From contig CAMDDO010000006.1 in assembly GCA_945892755.1 (NCBI GenBank), positions 7,094 to 71,093 on the forward strand: a DNA stretch of 64,000 nucleotides, written 5' to 3'. Positions 20,022 through 29,736 of this stretch are shown here, one piece after another; the first letter of the stretch is position 1, and the number at the start of each line of letters is the position of its first letter. A program made the translations under genes and the position numbers. Under the pieces are notes generated by a model. It was not told the DNA's origin. It saw only the letters and a program-made list of their open reading frames with translations, and made no database searches. This stretch comes from Rhizobium sp. Q54. Lineage in GTDB: Bacteria > Pseudomonadota > Alphaproteobacteria > UBA828.

Positions 20022-20900
20022 GTGAAGCTCTCCCATTTTCTGCTCGCGCTCCTGTGCGCAGCGCTCTGGGGCTTTGGCTTCGTGCCGAGCAAATATGGCG
20101 CGGCGCACATGCCGCCTCTGCTTTTTCTGGCGCTGCGTTTCGCGCTGATCGCCGGCTTGACGATTTGGTTCACGCCGCTGCCGCGTGGCCATTGGCGCCC
20201 GCTGATTTCCTACTCGCTCGCGCTCGGCATCGGTCATTTCGCCTTGCTCTATGTCGGCTTGCGGCTCGGTGTTGAAGCCACCACGGCCTCGCTCATCTGG
20301 CTGTCTCAAGTGCCGCTCACGACGTTATTGGCGTTCTTCGTGCTCGGCGATCGGCCCAGTTTGCGCACGAGCATCGGCATGGCGATCGCGCTCGCCGGTT
20401 CGGTCTCGCTGATCGCCGAGCCGCGCATCGCTGGCGAACCGGTCGCGATTACGCTCGTCGTCCTGTCCGCCGTGCTATGGGCGGTCGCGGCGATCCAGGC
20501 CAAGCGTCTGCCCCAGCTCAGCCCGATCGCGTTCAACGCCTGGATGGCGCTGATCTCGTTACCGGTCCTGGTGGTGCTCTCACTGATCCTAGAGACCGAT
20601 CAATACGACGAATTTCTGGTGCCGGACTGGCGGCTGCACGCCTCGCTGGTTTACATGGCGGTGCTCTCCTCGATCGCCGGCTATGGCATCTGGTTCTATT
20701 TGCTGCGCCGCCACTCGGTCAGCAGTACGGCGCCGTTCCTGTTATTGGTCCCGATCATTGGCGTGGTCTCGAGCATCGCCACGCTGGGCGAGCCATTCTC
20801 CTGGCGCACCGCGATCAGCGGCCTGATCACACTCGCGGGCGTCGCGTTGATCGTGATCCGTCGGCCGACCGCCGCGACCGTCACGCCTGCCGATCCGTGA
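20022..20900 (+). CDS. DMT superfamily (EamA-like) transporter
   Basis: GTG start at 20022 with GAAGGAAGG upstream. About 10 TM helices. EamA-like N-terminus LWGFGFVPSKYG. Confidence 0.7.
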   Translation: MKLSHFLLALLCAALWGFGFVPSKYGAAHMPPLLFLALRFALIAGLTIWFTPLPRGHWRPLISYSLALGIGHFALLYVGLRLGVEATTASLIWLSQVPLTTLLAFFVLGDRPSLRTSIGMAIALAGSVSLIAEPRIAGEPVAITLVVLSAVLWAVAAIQAKRLPQLSPIAFNAWMALISLPVLVVLSLILETDQYDEFLVPDWRLHASLVYMAVLSSIAGYGIWFYLLRRHSVSSTAPFLLLVPIIGVVSSIATLGEPFSWRTAISGLITLAGVALIVIRRPTAATVTPADP

Positions 20901-21793
20901 AGCCGCAACATCTGTTGCTTGCCTTGCTCGTCGCCTCAATCTGGGGTTTCGGCTTCGTGCCCTCAAAAATCGCCACGACCGAAGTGCCGCCCTTCTTCGT
21001 CGTCAGCTTGCGCATGGCGCTGGTCGCCCTCGTCACGATCTGGTTCGTGCGCGTGCCGCGGCGCGAATGGCGCGGCCTCGTGATCTTCTCCGCGCTGATG
21101 GGCGTCGGACATTTCGCGCCGGCCTATATGGGACTTCGCCTCGGCGTCGATTCCACCACTGCTGCCTTGATTTGGCAGATGCAGGTGCCGCTCACCGTTC
21201 TGATCGCCTATGTCGCGCTCGACGAGCGGTTTGGCTGGCGTGAGATCGCGGGTCTCGGCGTGGCGCTGGCCGGAGTCGGCATCTTCTTTGGCGAGCCGGC
21301 GCACCAGGCGAACTGGCTCGGCATCGGGCTACAGTTCCTCGCGGTTGTGTTCAATGCCTTCGCCAACATCCAGGCCAAGCGGTTAAGCCACCTGAATCCG
21401 TTCGCGATCAACGCCGTTATGGCGCTTGTCGCCGCGCCGGTCATGGTTGTGCTCTCGCTCATTTTCGAGACCGGGCAGTTCGAGAGCCTCGCGGCAGCGA
21501 GCTGGCAAACGCCCGCCGGCATCGCCTTTCTCGCCATCGTCTCGACTCTGGTCGGCTTCGGCGGATTCTATTATCTGATGCGGCGTTATCCGGTCGGTTG
21601 GGTCAGCACTATCGTATTGCTGGTGCCGCTGACCGGCGCAATCGCGGGTGTCGGGCTGATGGGCGATGAGCTGAGTTGGTATTCCGCGCTCGGCGGCGCA
21701 GCCATGCTGCTGGGCGTTGGGCTGATCATCGTGCGCCCGCGCGCCTTCGTGCGTGATGGCGCGACCAGTCCGAACCAGGGAACGCCGCCATGA
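20897..21793 (+). CDS. DMT superfamily (EamA-like) transporter, tandem paralog
   Basis: GTG start overlaps the upstream stop (GTGA). N-terminus VKPQHLLLALLVASIWGFGFVPSKIA parallels the upstream gene. Confidence 0.65.
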   Translation: MKPQHLLLALLVASIWGFGFVPSKIATTEVPPFFVVSLRMALVALVTIWFVRVPRREWRGLVIFSALMGVGHFAPAYMGLRLGVDSTTAALIWQMQVPLTVLIAYVALDERFGWREIAGLGVALAGVGIFFGEPAHQANWLGIGLQFLAVVFNAFANIQAKRLSHLNPFAINAVMALVAAPVMVVLSLIFETGQFESLAAASWQTPAGIAFLAIVSTLVGFGGFYYLMRRYPVGWVSTIVLLVPLTGAIAGVGLMGDELSWYSALGGAAMLLGVGLIIVRPRAFVRDGATSPNQGTPP

Positions 21794-22548
21794 GCTTGAT
21801 GATTATCGAGCGGCCCTCGCCCAATCACGACGCACGGCCGAATGACGCGGTCGTCTCCATGCTGGTGCTGCACTACACCGACATGCATAGCGCGGAGGCC
21901 GCCCTGCAGCGCCTCTGCGACCCGCTCGCCAAGGTCAGTGCGCATTATCTGATCACCGAGGACGGCACGATCCATCGCCTGGTACCCGAGGCGCGCCGCG
22001 CTTGGCATGCCGGCAAGAGCCATTGGCGCGGGATCGATGGTTTGAACGCGGTCTCGCTCGGGATCGAACTCGCCAATCCCGGGCACAGCCACGGTTATCG
22101 TACCTTTCCTCACGCGCAAATGGCGGCGCTAACGGCCCTCGCACGCGATATCGTCGCGCGTCATTCGATCCCGCCGCGCCATGTGCTCGGCCACTCCGAC
22201 ATCGCGCCGGAGCGCAAGCTCGACCCCGGCGAGCTGTTCGACTGGCGCGCGCTCGCGGCCGAGGGCGTCGGCCTTTGGCCCGCTCCGACGGACGACATGG
22301 CGGCCGCTGCCTTCGCCTCATTGCGCATGGGGGATCGTGGGCCGCGCGTGACCGCGCTTCGCCTTGCGCTCGCCCGCTATGGCTATGGCCTCACGGCGGA
22401 TGATCGTTTCGACGCCGAGACCGCCTCGGTGGCGCGCGCGTTCCAACGGCATTTTCGTCCGACACGCATCGAAGACGTATGGGACGGCGCCTGCCATCTG
22501 CAGCTCAAATCACTGCTCGGTCGGGCCGGCGAGCCGATCGAGGATTGA
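21790..22548 (+). CDS. ampD: N-acetylmuramoyl-L-alanine amidase, amidase_2/AmpD family
   Basis: ATGA overlap with the upstream gene. AmpD-type motifs (…LVLHYTDM…AWHAG…SLGIELAN…HSDIAP…). Confidence 0.7.
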   Translation: MSLMIIERPSPNHDARPNDAVVSMLVLHYTDMHSAEAALQRLCDPLAKVSAHYLITEDGTIHRLVPEARRAWHAGKSHWRGIDGLNAVSLGIELANPGHSHGYRTFPHAQMAALTALARDIVARHSIPPRHVLGHSDIAPERKLDPGELFDWRALAAEGVGLWPAPTDDMAAAAFASLRMGDRGPRVTALRLALARYGYGLTADDRFDAETASVARAFQRHFRPTRIEDVWDGACHLQLKSLLGRAGEPIED

Positions 22549-22580
22549 TTCCAAAGGCCTAAGCGCTTAGCTATCAGGCG

Positions 22581-22980
22581 CCAGACGGCCGGGCGGCCGC
22601 CTTCGCCTTCGGGCGGGGGAGGAAAGTCCGGGCTCCACGGGAACACGAAGCCGGGTAACGCCCGGCGGGGGCGACCCCAGGGACAGTGCCACAGAGAACA
22701 GACCGCCGGCGTTGCGCGCTTCGGTTCGTTACGCCGGCAAGGGTGAAACGGTGCGGTAAGAGCGCACCGCGCTTCCGGTAACGGCGGCGGCACGGCAAAC
22801 CCCTTCGGGAGCAAGACCAAGTAGGGGCGGTATGTTGGTCGCAAGGCCAGCAAGGCGCGTTCCCGCGCCAGCCGTCCGGGTCGGTCGCGTGAGGCGCTCG
22901 GTAACGGGCGTCCCAGATGAATGGTCGTCGCGCGGTCCTTTACCGGATCGCGTACAGAACCCGGCTTATAGGCCGTCTGG
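22581..22980 (+). ncRNA. rnpB: RNase P RNA, bacterial type A
   Basis: Type-A conserved blocks are present: GGAGGAAAGTCCGGGCTCCACGGGAA, GGGTAACGCCCGG, AGGGACAGTGCCACAGAGAACAGACCGCC, GGTAAGAGCGCACC, GCAAGACCAAGTAGGGG, ACAGAACCCGGCTTATAG. P1 pairing: 5' CCAGACGGCC (22581-90) with 3' GGCCGTCTGG (22971-80). Confidence 0.95.
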
Positions 22981-23271
22981 CATGTTCTTTTATTGTTCTG
23001 GAATATACCAAGAACAAAAAGTTCCCGCTCTAGCCCTAGTAATGTTTTGTTTATGTTCCTACAAGGACTCGTATACTTGAATAGAGACGAGAGCCTCCCC
23101 AGGACCGCGTGAAGCCCCAAAAACCGCCTGGAACCAAGACTTTGCGCATTGTAATTCAGATTTTCCCATGTTATCCCATGACATCCCATGCCATGGCGGC
23201 CGGCAAGGCGCGGCTCGGCCGGAGCAACAAGCCACGGATGGGACGCGCCGATCTCTGGGGGAGCGCCGGAC
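22981..23271 (+). promoter_or_regulatory. AT-rich dcw/mraZ upstream regulatory region (promoter region) including MraZ-box repeats
   Basis: ~230-bp stretch of roughly 40% GC in a ~67% GC genome, directly upstream of mraZ. Contains a palindrome and the direct repeats described separately. Confidence 0.5.
23164..23190 (+). promoter_or_regulatory. Putative MraZ operator: three direct repeats (T)TCCCATG at 10-bp phasing
   Basis: tTCCCATGtta TCCCATGaca TCCCATGcc. The complement is CATGGGA x3, matching the TGGG-type MraZ box arrangement (three direct repeats on one helix face) known from E. coli and other bacteria. Confidence 0.65.
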
Positions 23272-23745
23272 GTGGCGGTATTTTCCGGACGTTACATCAA
23301 TGCGGTAGACCGCAAGGGTCGGGTCTCGGTGCCCGCGCCGTTCCGCGCGGTATTGGCCGGGCAGGCGTTGGTCGGCCTCGCCGTCTTCCCCTCCCCGAGC
23401 GGCAGCCCGTCGCTTGATTGTTGCGGGCTCGACTGGCTCGACCAACTGAGTGAGCGCTTCGCTTCCGCTAACATATATCAGCCGGACATCGAAATGGCCG
23501 CGCTGGTCACGCTCGGCGAGACCCAGCAATTGCCGTTCGATCCCGAGGGACGCATCGTTCTGCCCGACCTCTTGGTCGAGCACGCCGGCCTGCAAGGACG
23601 CGCCGCGTTCGTCGGACTGGGGCGCCGCTTTCAGGTGTGGAACCCGGACACGCTCGACACCGTGCGCCGCGAGGCGCGCGCGCGCGCGCCTGGCATTCTC
23701 GCCACCCTCAGCCTGCCGCCTTTGCCCGGCGGCGGGGGGCGCTGA
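23272..23745 (+). CDS. mraZ: Transcriptional regulator MraZ
   Basis: GTG start at 23272 with GGGGGAG 8 nt upstream. [23 protein letters not shown] aligns with the MraZ N-terminus (MFRGA…DSKGRLSVP). 157 aa. The longer ORF from 23188 would cover the operator repeats. Confidence 0.75.
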   Translation: MAVFSGRYINAVDRKGRVSVPAPFRAVLAGQALVGLAVFPSPSGSPSLDCCGLDWLDQLSERFASANIYQPDIEMAALVTLGETQQLPFDPEGRIVLPDLLVEHAGLQGRAAFVGLGRRFQVWNPDTLDTVRREARARAPGILATLSLPPLPGGGGR

Positions 23746-24725
23746 TGGCCGCGTTCGAAGCCTCCCACGAACGCGGTCACGTGCCTGTCATGCTGGCCGA
23801 GATGATCGAGGCGCTGGCGCCGCGTGCCGACGGGCTCTATGTCGACGGCACGTTCGGCGCCGGCGGCTATTCGCGCGCGATCCTCGGCGCCGCTTCGTGC
23901 CGCGTGATTGCGCTTGACCGCGACCCCGAGGCGATCGGCCGCGGGCGCGCGCTCGCCGAAGCGATGTCTGGCCGGCTCGAAATGGTGCTCGGCCGCTTCG
24001 GCGACATGGATACGCTGTTGCAGGCACGCGGCGTCGAGGCGGTCGATGGCGTGGCGCTCGATCTCGGTGTTTCGTCGCAGCAGATCGACGAACCGGAGCG
24101 CGGCTTCTCGTTTCGGCTCGACGGCCCGCTCGATATGCGTATGGACCAGGCCGGGCCGAGCGCGGCGGACTTGGTCAATCAGACGAGCGAAGCCGAGCTC
24201 GCGCGCCTGATCGGCGAGTTTGGCGAGGAGCGGCGCGCCCGCGCCGTCGCCCGCGCGATCGTCGAGCGGCGCGCCGAGGCGCCGATTACGCGCACCGGCG
24301 AACTCGCCGAGATCGTGCGCAAGGTGGTCCGCCGCAGCGAGCACGGCGTCGATCCCGCCACCCGGACCTTTCAGGCGCTGCGCATCGCCGTGAATGATGA
24401 ACTAAGCGAGCTTGAGCGCGGCCTCGAAGCGGCGGAACGTTTGCTCCGGCCGATGGGCCGGCTCGTCGTCGTCGCCTTCCATTCGCTCGAGGACCGTTGC
24501 GCGAAGCGCTTTTTCAAGACGCGCGCCACGCCAGCGCCCGCGCCATCGCGACATTTGCCGCCGCGCGCCACAAAAGCGCCGCAGGCCTCGTTCAGACTGC
24601 TGCACCGTCAAGCCCTGCGGCCCACCGGCCAAGAATGCGCAGCCAACTCAAGAGCCCGATCGGCGCGCCTGCGCGCGGCGGAACGCACCGAGGCGCCGGT
24701 CTGGCCCGAGCGGAGGGCGGCATGA
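23745..24725 (+). CDS. rsmH: 16S rRNA (cytosine1402-N4)-methyltransferase RsmH (MraW)
   Basis: ATG overlaps the mraZ stop (TGATG). [13 protein letters not shown]…[14 protein letters not shown]…SLEDR motifs. Confidence 0.9.
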   Translation: MAAFEASHERGHVPVMLAEMIEALAPRADGLYVDGTFGAGGYSRAILGAASCRVIALDRDPEAIGRGRALAEAMSGRLEMVLGRFGDMDTLLQARGVEAVDGVALDLGVSSQQIDEPERGFSFRLDGPLDMRMDQAGPSAADLVNQTSEAELARLIGEFGEERRARAVARAIVERRAEAPITRTGELAEIVRKVVRRSEHGVDPATRTFQALRIAVNDELSELERGLEAAERLLRPMGRLVVVAFHSLEDRCAKRFFKTRATPAPAPSRHLPPRATKAPQASFRLLHRQALRPTGQECAANSRARSARLRAAERTEAPVWPERRAA

Positions 24726-25075
24726 TCCGGCCCGGTGTGCTGGTTTGGATCGGGGCGATCGTGCTGATGGCGATCACCCTCTTCTTCATCACGTACGAGG
24801 TGCAGAGCGTCGAGAAAGAAGTCGCGGCGCTCAATCGCGAAGCCATCGCGCAGGAAGAAGCCATTCATGTGCTGCGCGCGGAATGGAGCTATCTCAATCG
24901 GCCCGAGCGCCTCTCGTCGTTGGCCGAGCGCCATTTGGCTTTGCAATCGGTCGCGCCGGGGCAGCTGATCGCCGCGCAGCATCTCGACTCGCTGCCGGTG
25001 CCCAAACTGGCGGCGCAGGGCGACGAGCGCCTACAGGATTTGCTGAAACGCGTGGTGGGTGAGACCGAGCCATGA
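24722..25075 (+). CDS. ftsL: Cell division protein FtsL (alphaproteobacterial type)
   Basis: 117 aa, single N-terminal TM ([18 protein letters not shown]) plus a coiled-coil-like region. ATGA overlap with rsmH; position in the dcw cluster fits FtsL. Confidence 0.7.
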   Translation: MIRPGVLVWIGAIVLMAITLFFITYEVQSVEKEVAALNREAIAQEEAIHVLRAEWSYLNRPERLSSLAERHLALQSVAPGQLIAAQHLDSLPVPKLAAQGDERLQDLLKRVVGETEP

Positions 25076-26835
25076 CCGACCTCGCCACCGAGAACTGGAA
25101 AGACTCGCTGATGGTCGAACCGCCGCTCGGGGTGGAATCCAACCAGCCGCTTTCGGAAAGCCGCGCCAAGCGTCCGATCGAGATCGCGCGCACCCGCCTG
25201 CTGGTTGCGGGCACGATATTCGCGCTCTGCTTCGCGGTCCTGGGCGTTCGCATTGTCGACCTCGCGGTCAACGATGAAGCCGAGATCGCCCGCTCGACCA
25301 CCGGGCGCGAGGCCGGCACGCTCGGACTGGCACGCGCCGATGTCGTCGATCGCAACGGCATGCTGCTCGCGACCAACCTGCCGACCGTCTCGCTCTACGT
25401 CGATCAGACCAAAGTGATCGACCCCGAGGACGCCGCCGACAAGCTGCATGCCGTGCTGCCGGAATATTCCCGCGATACCTTGATCAAGCGGATCGCCGGC
25501 GACGCGCGCTATGTCTGGATCAAGCGCAGCCTGACGCCCGAGCAGGAGTACCAGATCAACCGGCTCGGCCTGCCCGGCTTCTCCTTCGAGCGCGAGGAGC
25601 GCCGCGTCTATCCGCAGGGGCCCTTGTTCGCGCACGTGCTCGGCTATACCGGGATCGACAATCGCGGGCTCTCGGGTGTCGAGCGCGGTCTCGATCGCTC
25701 GCTCGCGGCGAGCGACCGGAAGACGCCGGTCATGCTCTCGCTCGATCTCCGTGTCCAGCACATCCTGGCCGAGGAGCTCTCGCGTGCGATCGTCGACTTC
25801 AAGGGCGTCGGCGGCGCGGGTGTCGTGCTCGACGTCGATAGCGGCGAGATCATCGCCATGGTCAGCCTGCCGAGTTTCGATCCGAACGGAAAGAAGCAGC
25901 AGGACGATCCCAACCAGTTCAATCGCGTGACCAAGGGCGTCTACGAGCTCGGCTCGACCTTCAAGGCCTTCACGCTCGCCATGGCGCTCGATTACGGCGT
26001 GGTCGACCTCGATGACGGCTATGACGCCTCCATGCCGATCCGCATCGCGCGCTTCACGATCAATGACGATCACCCCGAGAACCGCTGGCTCTCGGTGCCG
26101 GAAATTTTCATGCACTCGTCCAACATCGGCGCCGCCAAAATGGCGCTCGACGTCGGTGCCACGCGTCAGCGCGCCTTCCTCAAGAAGATCGGGCTGCTCG
26201 ACTCGATCAAACTCGAAATGCCGGAGGTCGGCCAACCGCAGTCGCCGACCGCGAAGGAATGGCGCGACATCAGCACCATGACGATCGCCTTCGGGCACGG
26301 CGTGGCGGTGACGCCCCTGCATCTGGCCTCCGGCATCGCGACGCTGGTCAATGGCGGCTTTCTGCGGGAGCCGACGCTGCTCAAGCGGCCCGCCGGCGTG
26401 CCGGCACCTGGGACAAGGGTGCTCAAGGCCGAGACCTCGGAGATCATGCGTCGGCTGCTCCGCCTGGTGGTGACCGATGGCACCGGCAAGAAAGCATCGG
26501 CGCCCGGCTATCTGGTCGGCGGCAAGACCGGCACCGCCGAGAAATCGAGCGCCACGGGCTACCGTAAGAAGTCGTTGATCTCGACCTTCGTCGGCGCATT
26601 CCCAATGAACCGGCCGCGCTATGTCGTGCTCGCCATGATCGACGAGCCGAAAGGCAATGAAGCCACACACGGATTCGCGACCGCGGGCTGGACCGCGGCG
26701 CCGCTGGTCAGCCGCGTGGTTACGCGCACCGCGCCGCTGCTGGGCGTCGGGCCGCTCGATGAGGACGCGGCGCCGGTACGCCACGAGATGATGGTGAACG
26801 AACTCTCTTCGGGAGCGAAGCTTGCGTCTTTCTGA
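25072..26835 (+). CDS. ftsI: Peptidoglycan D,D-transpeptidase FtsI (PBP3)
   Basis: N-terminal TM, PBP dimerisation domain and transpeptidase domain (STFK, SSN, KTGT motifs). ATGA overlap with ftsL. Confidence 0.9.
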   Translation: MTDLATENWKDSLMVEPPLGVESNQPLSESRAKRPIEIARTRLLVAGTIFALCFAVLGVRIVDLAVNDEAEIARSTTGREAGTLGLARADVVDRNGMLLATNLPTVSLYVDQTKVIDPEDAADKLHAVLPEYSRDTLIKRIAGDARYVWIKRSLTPEQEYQINRLGLPGFSFEREERRVYPQGPLFAHVLGYTGIDNRGLSGVERGLDRSLAASDRKTPVMLSLDLRVQHILAEELSRAIVDFKGVGGAGVVLDVDSGEIIAMVSLPSFDPNGKKQQDDPNQFNRVTKGVYELGSTFKAFTLAMALDYGVVDLDDGYDASMPIRIARFTINDDHPENRWLSVPEIFMHSSNIGAAKMALDVGATRQRAFLKKIGLLDSIKLEMPEVGQPQSPTAKEWRDISTMTIAFGHGVAVTPLHLASGIATLVNGGFLREPTLLKRPAGVPAPGTRVLKAETSEIMRRLLRLVVTDGTGKKASAPGYLVGGKTGTAEKSSATGYRKKSLISTFVGAFPMNRPRYVVLAMIDEPKGNEATHGFATAGWTAAPLVSRVVTRTAPLLGVGPLDEDAAPVRHEMMVNELSSGAKLASF

Positions 26836-28294
26836 GTTGATCGCGAGCGGGCCGGCGCCCGCGCCGCTACCGCACGACCCCGAGATCATCGGGCTCTCGG
26901 CGGATTCACGCGCGGTCAAACCCGGCTTCTTGTTCGCTGCTCTTTCCGGCACGCGTCATCGGGGCAGCGATTTCATCGCCGACGCGGTGCGCCATGGCGC
27001 GGTCGCGGTGCTCGCCGAACCCGAGGCCGCGCCCGCCGCCGAAGCATTTCATGTCGCGCTCGTCGCCGACGCCAATCCGCGCCGCCGGCTCGCGCTGATG
27101 GCGGCGCAGTTCTTCGGCCACCAACCCAAGACCGTCGCGGCCGTCACCGGCACCAACGGCAAGACCTCGGTCGCCGCCTTCACACGCCAGATCTGGACCC
27201 AGCTCGGCCGTCGCGCCGCGAGCATCGGCACACTGGGCGTGATCGCAGACGGTGTCTCGACCGATCTGCACCACACCACGCCCGATCCAGTATCGCTGCA
27301 CCGGGCGCTCGCCGCGCTCGCCGATGCCGGTATTGACCACCTTGCGCTGGAGGCCTCGAGCCACGGCCTCGACCAGTGCCGGCTCGACGGTGTCGTCATC
27401 GCCGCGGCCGCGTTCACCAATTTGACGCGCGACCATTTCGATTACCATGCGAGCGTCGAGGCCTATTTCAAGGCCAAGGCCCGCCTGTTCGACACGCTCC
27501 TGCCAGCGGGCGGCGCCGCGGTCATCAACGCCGATGCGCCGGAGGCCGAAGCCCTCGAGGCGATCGCGCGGAAGCGCGGTCATCGGTTGCTCCGCCATGG
27601 CGCCCATGGGCCGGAGATCAAATTGATCGAGCGCCGCGACACTGACGGCGGCCAGGCGCTGGTGCTCGAGGTGCTCGGCCTTCAACGCGACATCGTCCTC
27701 CCGCTACCCGGCGCGTTCCAGGCGAGCAACGCCTTGGCCGCGCTCGGCCTTGTGCTCGGCGCCGGTGAGCCGGCCGATGCCGCGCTCGCCACGCTCGAGA
27801 CGCTGAAGAGCGTACGCGGCCGGCTTGAACTTGTGGGCCGCCACCCTTTGGGCGCGCCGGTCTATGTCGACTACGCGCATACCCCCGATGGACTGCGGAC
27901 CGTGCTGCACGCGCTCCGCCCCTATGCCTCGCGCCGGCTCATCGTGGTGTTCGGCTGCGGCGGCGACCGCGACAAGGGCAAGCGACCCCTGATGGGCCAG
28001 ATCGCAGCCACGCTCGCCGACCATGCCATCGTCACCGACGACAATCCGCGTACCGAGGACGCCGCCGCGATTCGCCGCGCCATCCTCGCGGCCTACCCCG
28101 GTGCGTGCGAGATCGGCGACCGGCGCCGCGCCATCGAAGCGGCGATCGCCGCGCTCGAAGCGGGTGATGTGCTGGTCATCGCCGGCAAGGGCCATGAAGA
28201 GGGCCAGATCGTCGGTTCGACCGTCGTTCCGTTCGACGATGCCGGCGTGGCGCGCGAGGTGCTCAAAGCGCTCGGCGGCGAGCTCCCGTCATGA
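26822..28294 (+). CDS. murE: UDP-N-acetylmuramoyl-L-alanyl-D-glutamate--2,6-diaminopimelate ligase
   Basis: Mur ligase motifs (TGTNGKTS, DNPR). Apparent TTG start at 26822 with GGGAG 6 nt upstream; overlaps the ftsI 3' end by 14 nt. Confidence 0.85.
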   Translation: MRLSELIASGPAPAPLPHDPEIIGLSADSRAVKPGFLFAALSGTRHRGSDFIADAVRHGAVAVLAEPEAAPAAEAFHVALVADANPRRRLALMAAQFFGHQPKTVAAVTGTNGKTSVAAFTRQIWTQLGRRAASIGTLGVIADGVSTDLHHTTPDPVSLHRALAALADAGIDHLALEASSHGLDQCRLDGVVIAAAAFTNLTRDHFDYHASVEAYFKAKARLFDTLLPAGGAAVINADAPEAEALEAIARKRGHRLLRHGAHGPEIKLIERRDTDGGQALVLEVLGLQRDIVLPLPGAFQASNALAALGLVLGAGEPADAALATLETLKSVRGRLELVGRHPLGAPVYVDYAHTPDGLRTVLHALRPYASRRLIVVFGCGGDRDKGKRPLMGQIAATLADHAIVTDDNPRTEDAAAIRRAILAAYPGACEIGDRRRAIEAAIAALEAGDVLVIAGKGHEEGQIVGSTVVPFDDAGVAREVLKALGGELPS

Positions 28295-29736
28295 CTCCGA
28301 TCGCCAAATCGCACGACGTCTTGTGGAGCAGCGCCGACGCTCTGAGAGCGGCGGGCGGGCGCCTCACCGCGCCCTTCGAGGCGAGCGGAGTTGCGATCGA
28401 TAGTCGCACGCTGGCGGCGGGCGATCTCTTCGTCGCGCTCAAGGGCGACAACCATGACGGGCACGATTTTCTCGAGGCGGCGTTCAACGCGCAGGCCGCC
28501 GCCGCCATCGTCAGCAGGCATCCGGCCAAGCTTCGCTCCGATGCGCCGCTCCTGATCGTGCCCGACAGCTTCGAAGCGCTCTGGGCGCTTGCTCGCTGTG
28601 CCCGCGCCCGCAGCACCGCGCGCCTGGTCGCGGTGACCGGCAGCGTCGGCAAGACCGGCACCAAGGAGATGATCGCGCGCGTGCTCGAGGCACAGGGGCC
28701 GACCGCCGCTTCGGGTGGCAATCTCAACAACCAGATCGGCGTGCCGCTCTCGCTCGCCCGCTTCGCGCCAAGCTGCCGCTATGGCGTGTTCGAGCTCGGC
28801 ATGAACCACGCCGGCGAAATCCGGCCGCTCAGCCGCCTGGTTTCGCCGCACGTCGCGCTGATCACCACGGTGCAGCCAGTCCACCTGGAATTCTTCAGCG
28901 GGATCGAGGCGATCGCCGATGCCAAGGCAGAAATCTTCGAGGGTCTTGGACCCGATGGCACGGCGGTGATCAATCGCGACGACGCCACCTTCGATCGGCT
29001 TGACGCGGCGGCACGGCGCGCCGGCGTCGCGCGCATCATGGGATTCGGCACGCATCGCGATGCCGAGGCGCGGCTGATCCACTGGCACCCTGACGATGAC
29101 GGCGGCACGGTCGAAGCTGAAATCGACGGCACGGCGTTGTGCTATCGGCTGAGCCTGAGCGGAAAGCACTGGGCGCTCAACAGCGTCGCCGCGCTCGCTT
29201 CCGCCCGTGCCGCAGGCGCCGACTTGGTGCGCGGCGCGCGCGCGCTGGCTGCGCTTGCCCCGCTCAAGGGTCGGGGTGCACGCCACAGAATCGCGCTCAC
29301 CGGCGGCAGCGCTGAATTGATCGACGAGAGCTACAACGCCAGCCCCGTCGCGGTCGCGGCGGCGCTCGCGACCCTCGGCACGCGGCAGATCGGCTCGGGC
29401 GGGCGACGCATCGCGGTGCTCGGCGACATGCTTGAGCTCGGGACCGACGCCGCGCGGTTTCACGCCGAACTGGTCGGCGCGGTCGAGCGCGCCGGCATCG
29501 ATCTGGTTTTCCTCGCCGGGCCGCTGATGGCGCACTTGTTCGAGGCGCTGCCGTCCAGTCGGCGCGGTGGGCATGCGCCGGATTCGGCCGCGCTGCTGCC
29601 GGTGGTGCGCGACGCGCTTCGCCCCGGCGACGTCGTTCTGGTCAAGGGCTCGGCCGGCAGCCGCATGGCCCCGATCGTCAGCGCGCTGCTCGCCGCCTCC
29701 GAGCCCGAAGGGAAGGAGGCGAGCCATGCTCTATAA
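28291..29736 (+). CDS. murF: UDP-N-acetylmuramoyl-tripeptide--D-alanyl-D-alanine ligase
   Basis: Mur ligase fold ([12 protein letters not shown]). ATGA overlap with murE. Confidence 0.85.
   Translation: MTPIAKSHDVLWSSADALRAAGGRLTAPFEASGVAIDSRTLAAGDLFVALKGDNHDGHDFLEAAFNAQAAAAIVSRHPAKLRSDAPLLIVPDSFEALWALARCARARSTARLVAVTGSVGKTGTKEMIARVLEAQGPTAASGGNLNNQIGVPLSLARFAPSCRYGVFELGMNHAGEIRPLSRLVSPHVALITTVQPVHLEFFSGIEAIADAKAEIFEGLGPDGTAVINRDDATFDRLDAAARRAGVARIMGFGTHRDAEARLIHWHPDDDGGTVEAEIDGTALCYRLSLSGKHWALNSVAALASARAAGADLVRGARALAALAPLKGRGARHRIALTGGSAELIDESYNASPVAVAAALATLGTRQIGSGGRRIAVLGDMLELGTDAARFHAELVGAVERAGIDLVFLAGPLMAHLFEALPSSRRGGHAPDSAALLPVVRDALRPGDVVLVKGSAGSRMAPIVSALLAASEPEGKEASHAL

Noticed and set aside
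22993-23017. Palindrome after rnpB as a rho-independent terminator
   Set aside because: No U-tract follows the stem on either strand (AAAAG downstream on plus; UAAAAGAA on minus). Kept only as a possible protein-binding site.
22832-23080. 82-aa ORF overlapping the 3' part of rnpB, and ORF 22383-23189 on the minus strand
   Set aside because: The region is clearly RNase P RNA; these reading frames are coincidental.
23188-23271. Longer mraZ ORF starting at ATG 23188
   Set aside because: The extension covers the three MraZ-box repeats and has no counterpart in MraZ homologs. GTG 23272 with a GGGGGAG RBS gives the conserved MFxG… N-terminus.
24889-26952. Long reverse-strand ORFs antisense to ftsI/murE (687 aa) and similar ones antisense to murF (28093-29727), ftsZ (41114-41827), carB (55957-57084, 57109-58035) and rpoD (48525-51089, plus strand)
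   Set aside because: These are typical GC-rich antisense open frames with low-complexity Arg/Ala/Gly-rich translations. Each overlaps a strongly supported conserved gene.
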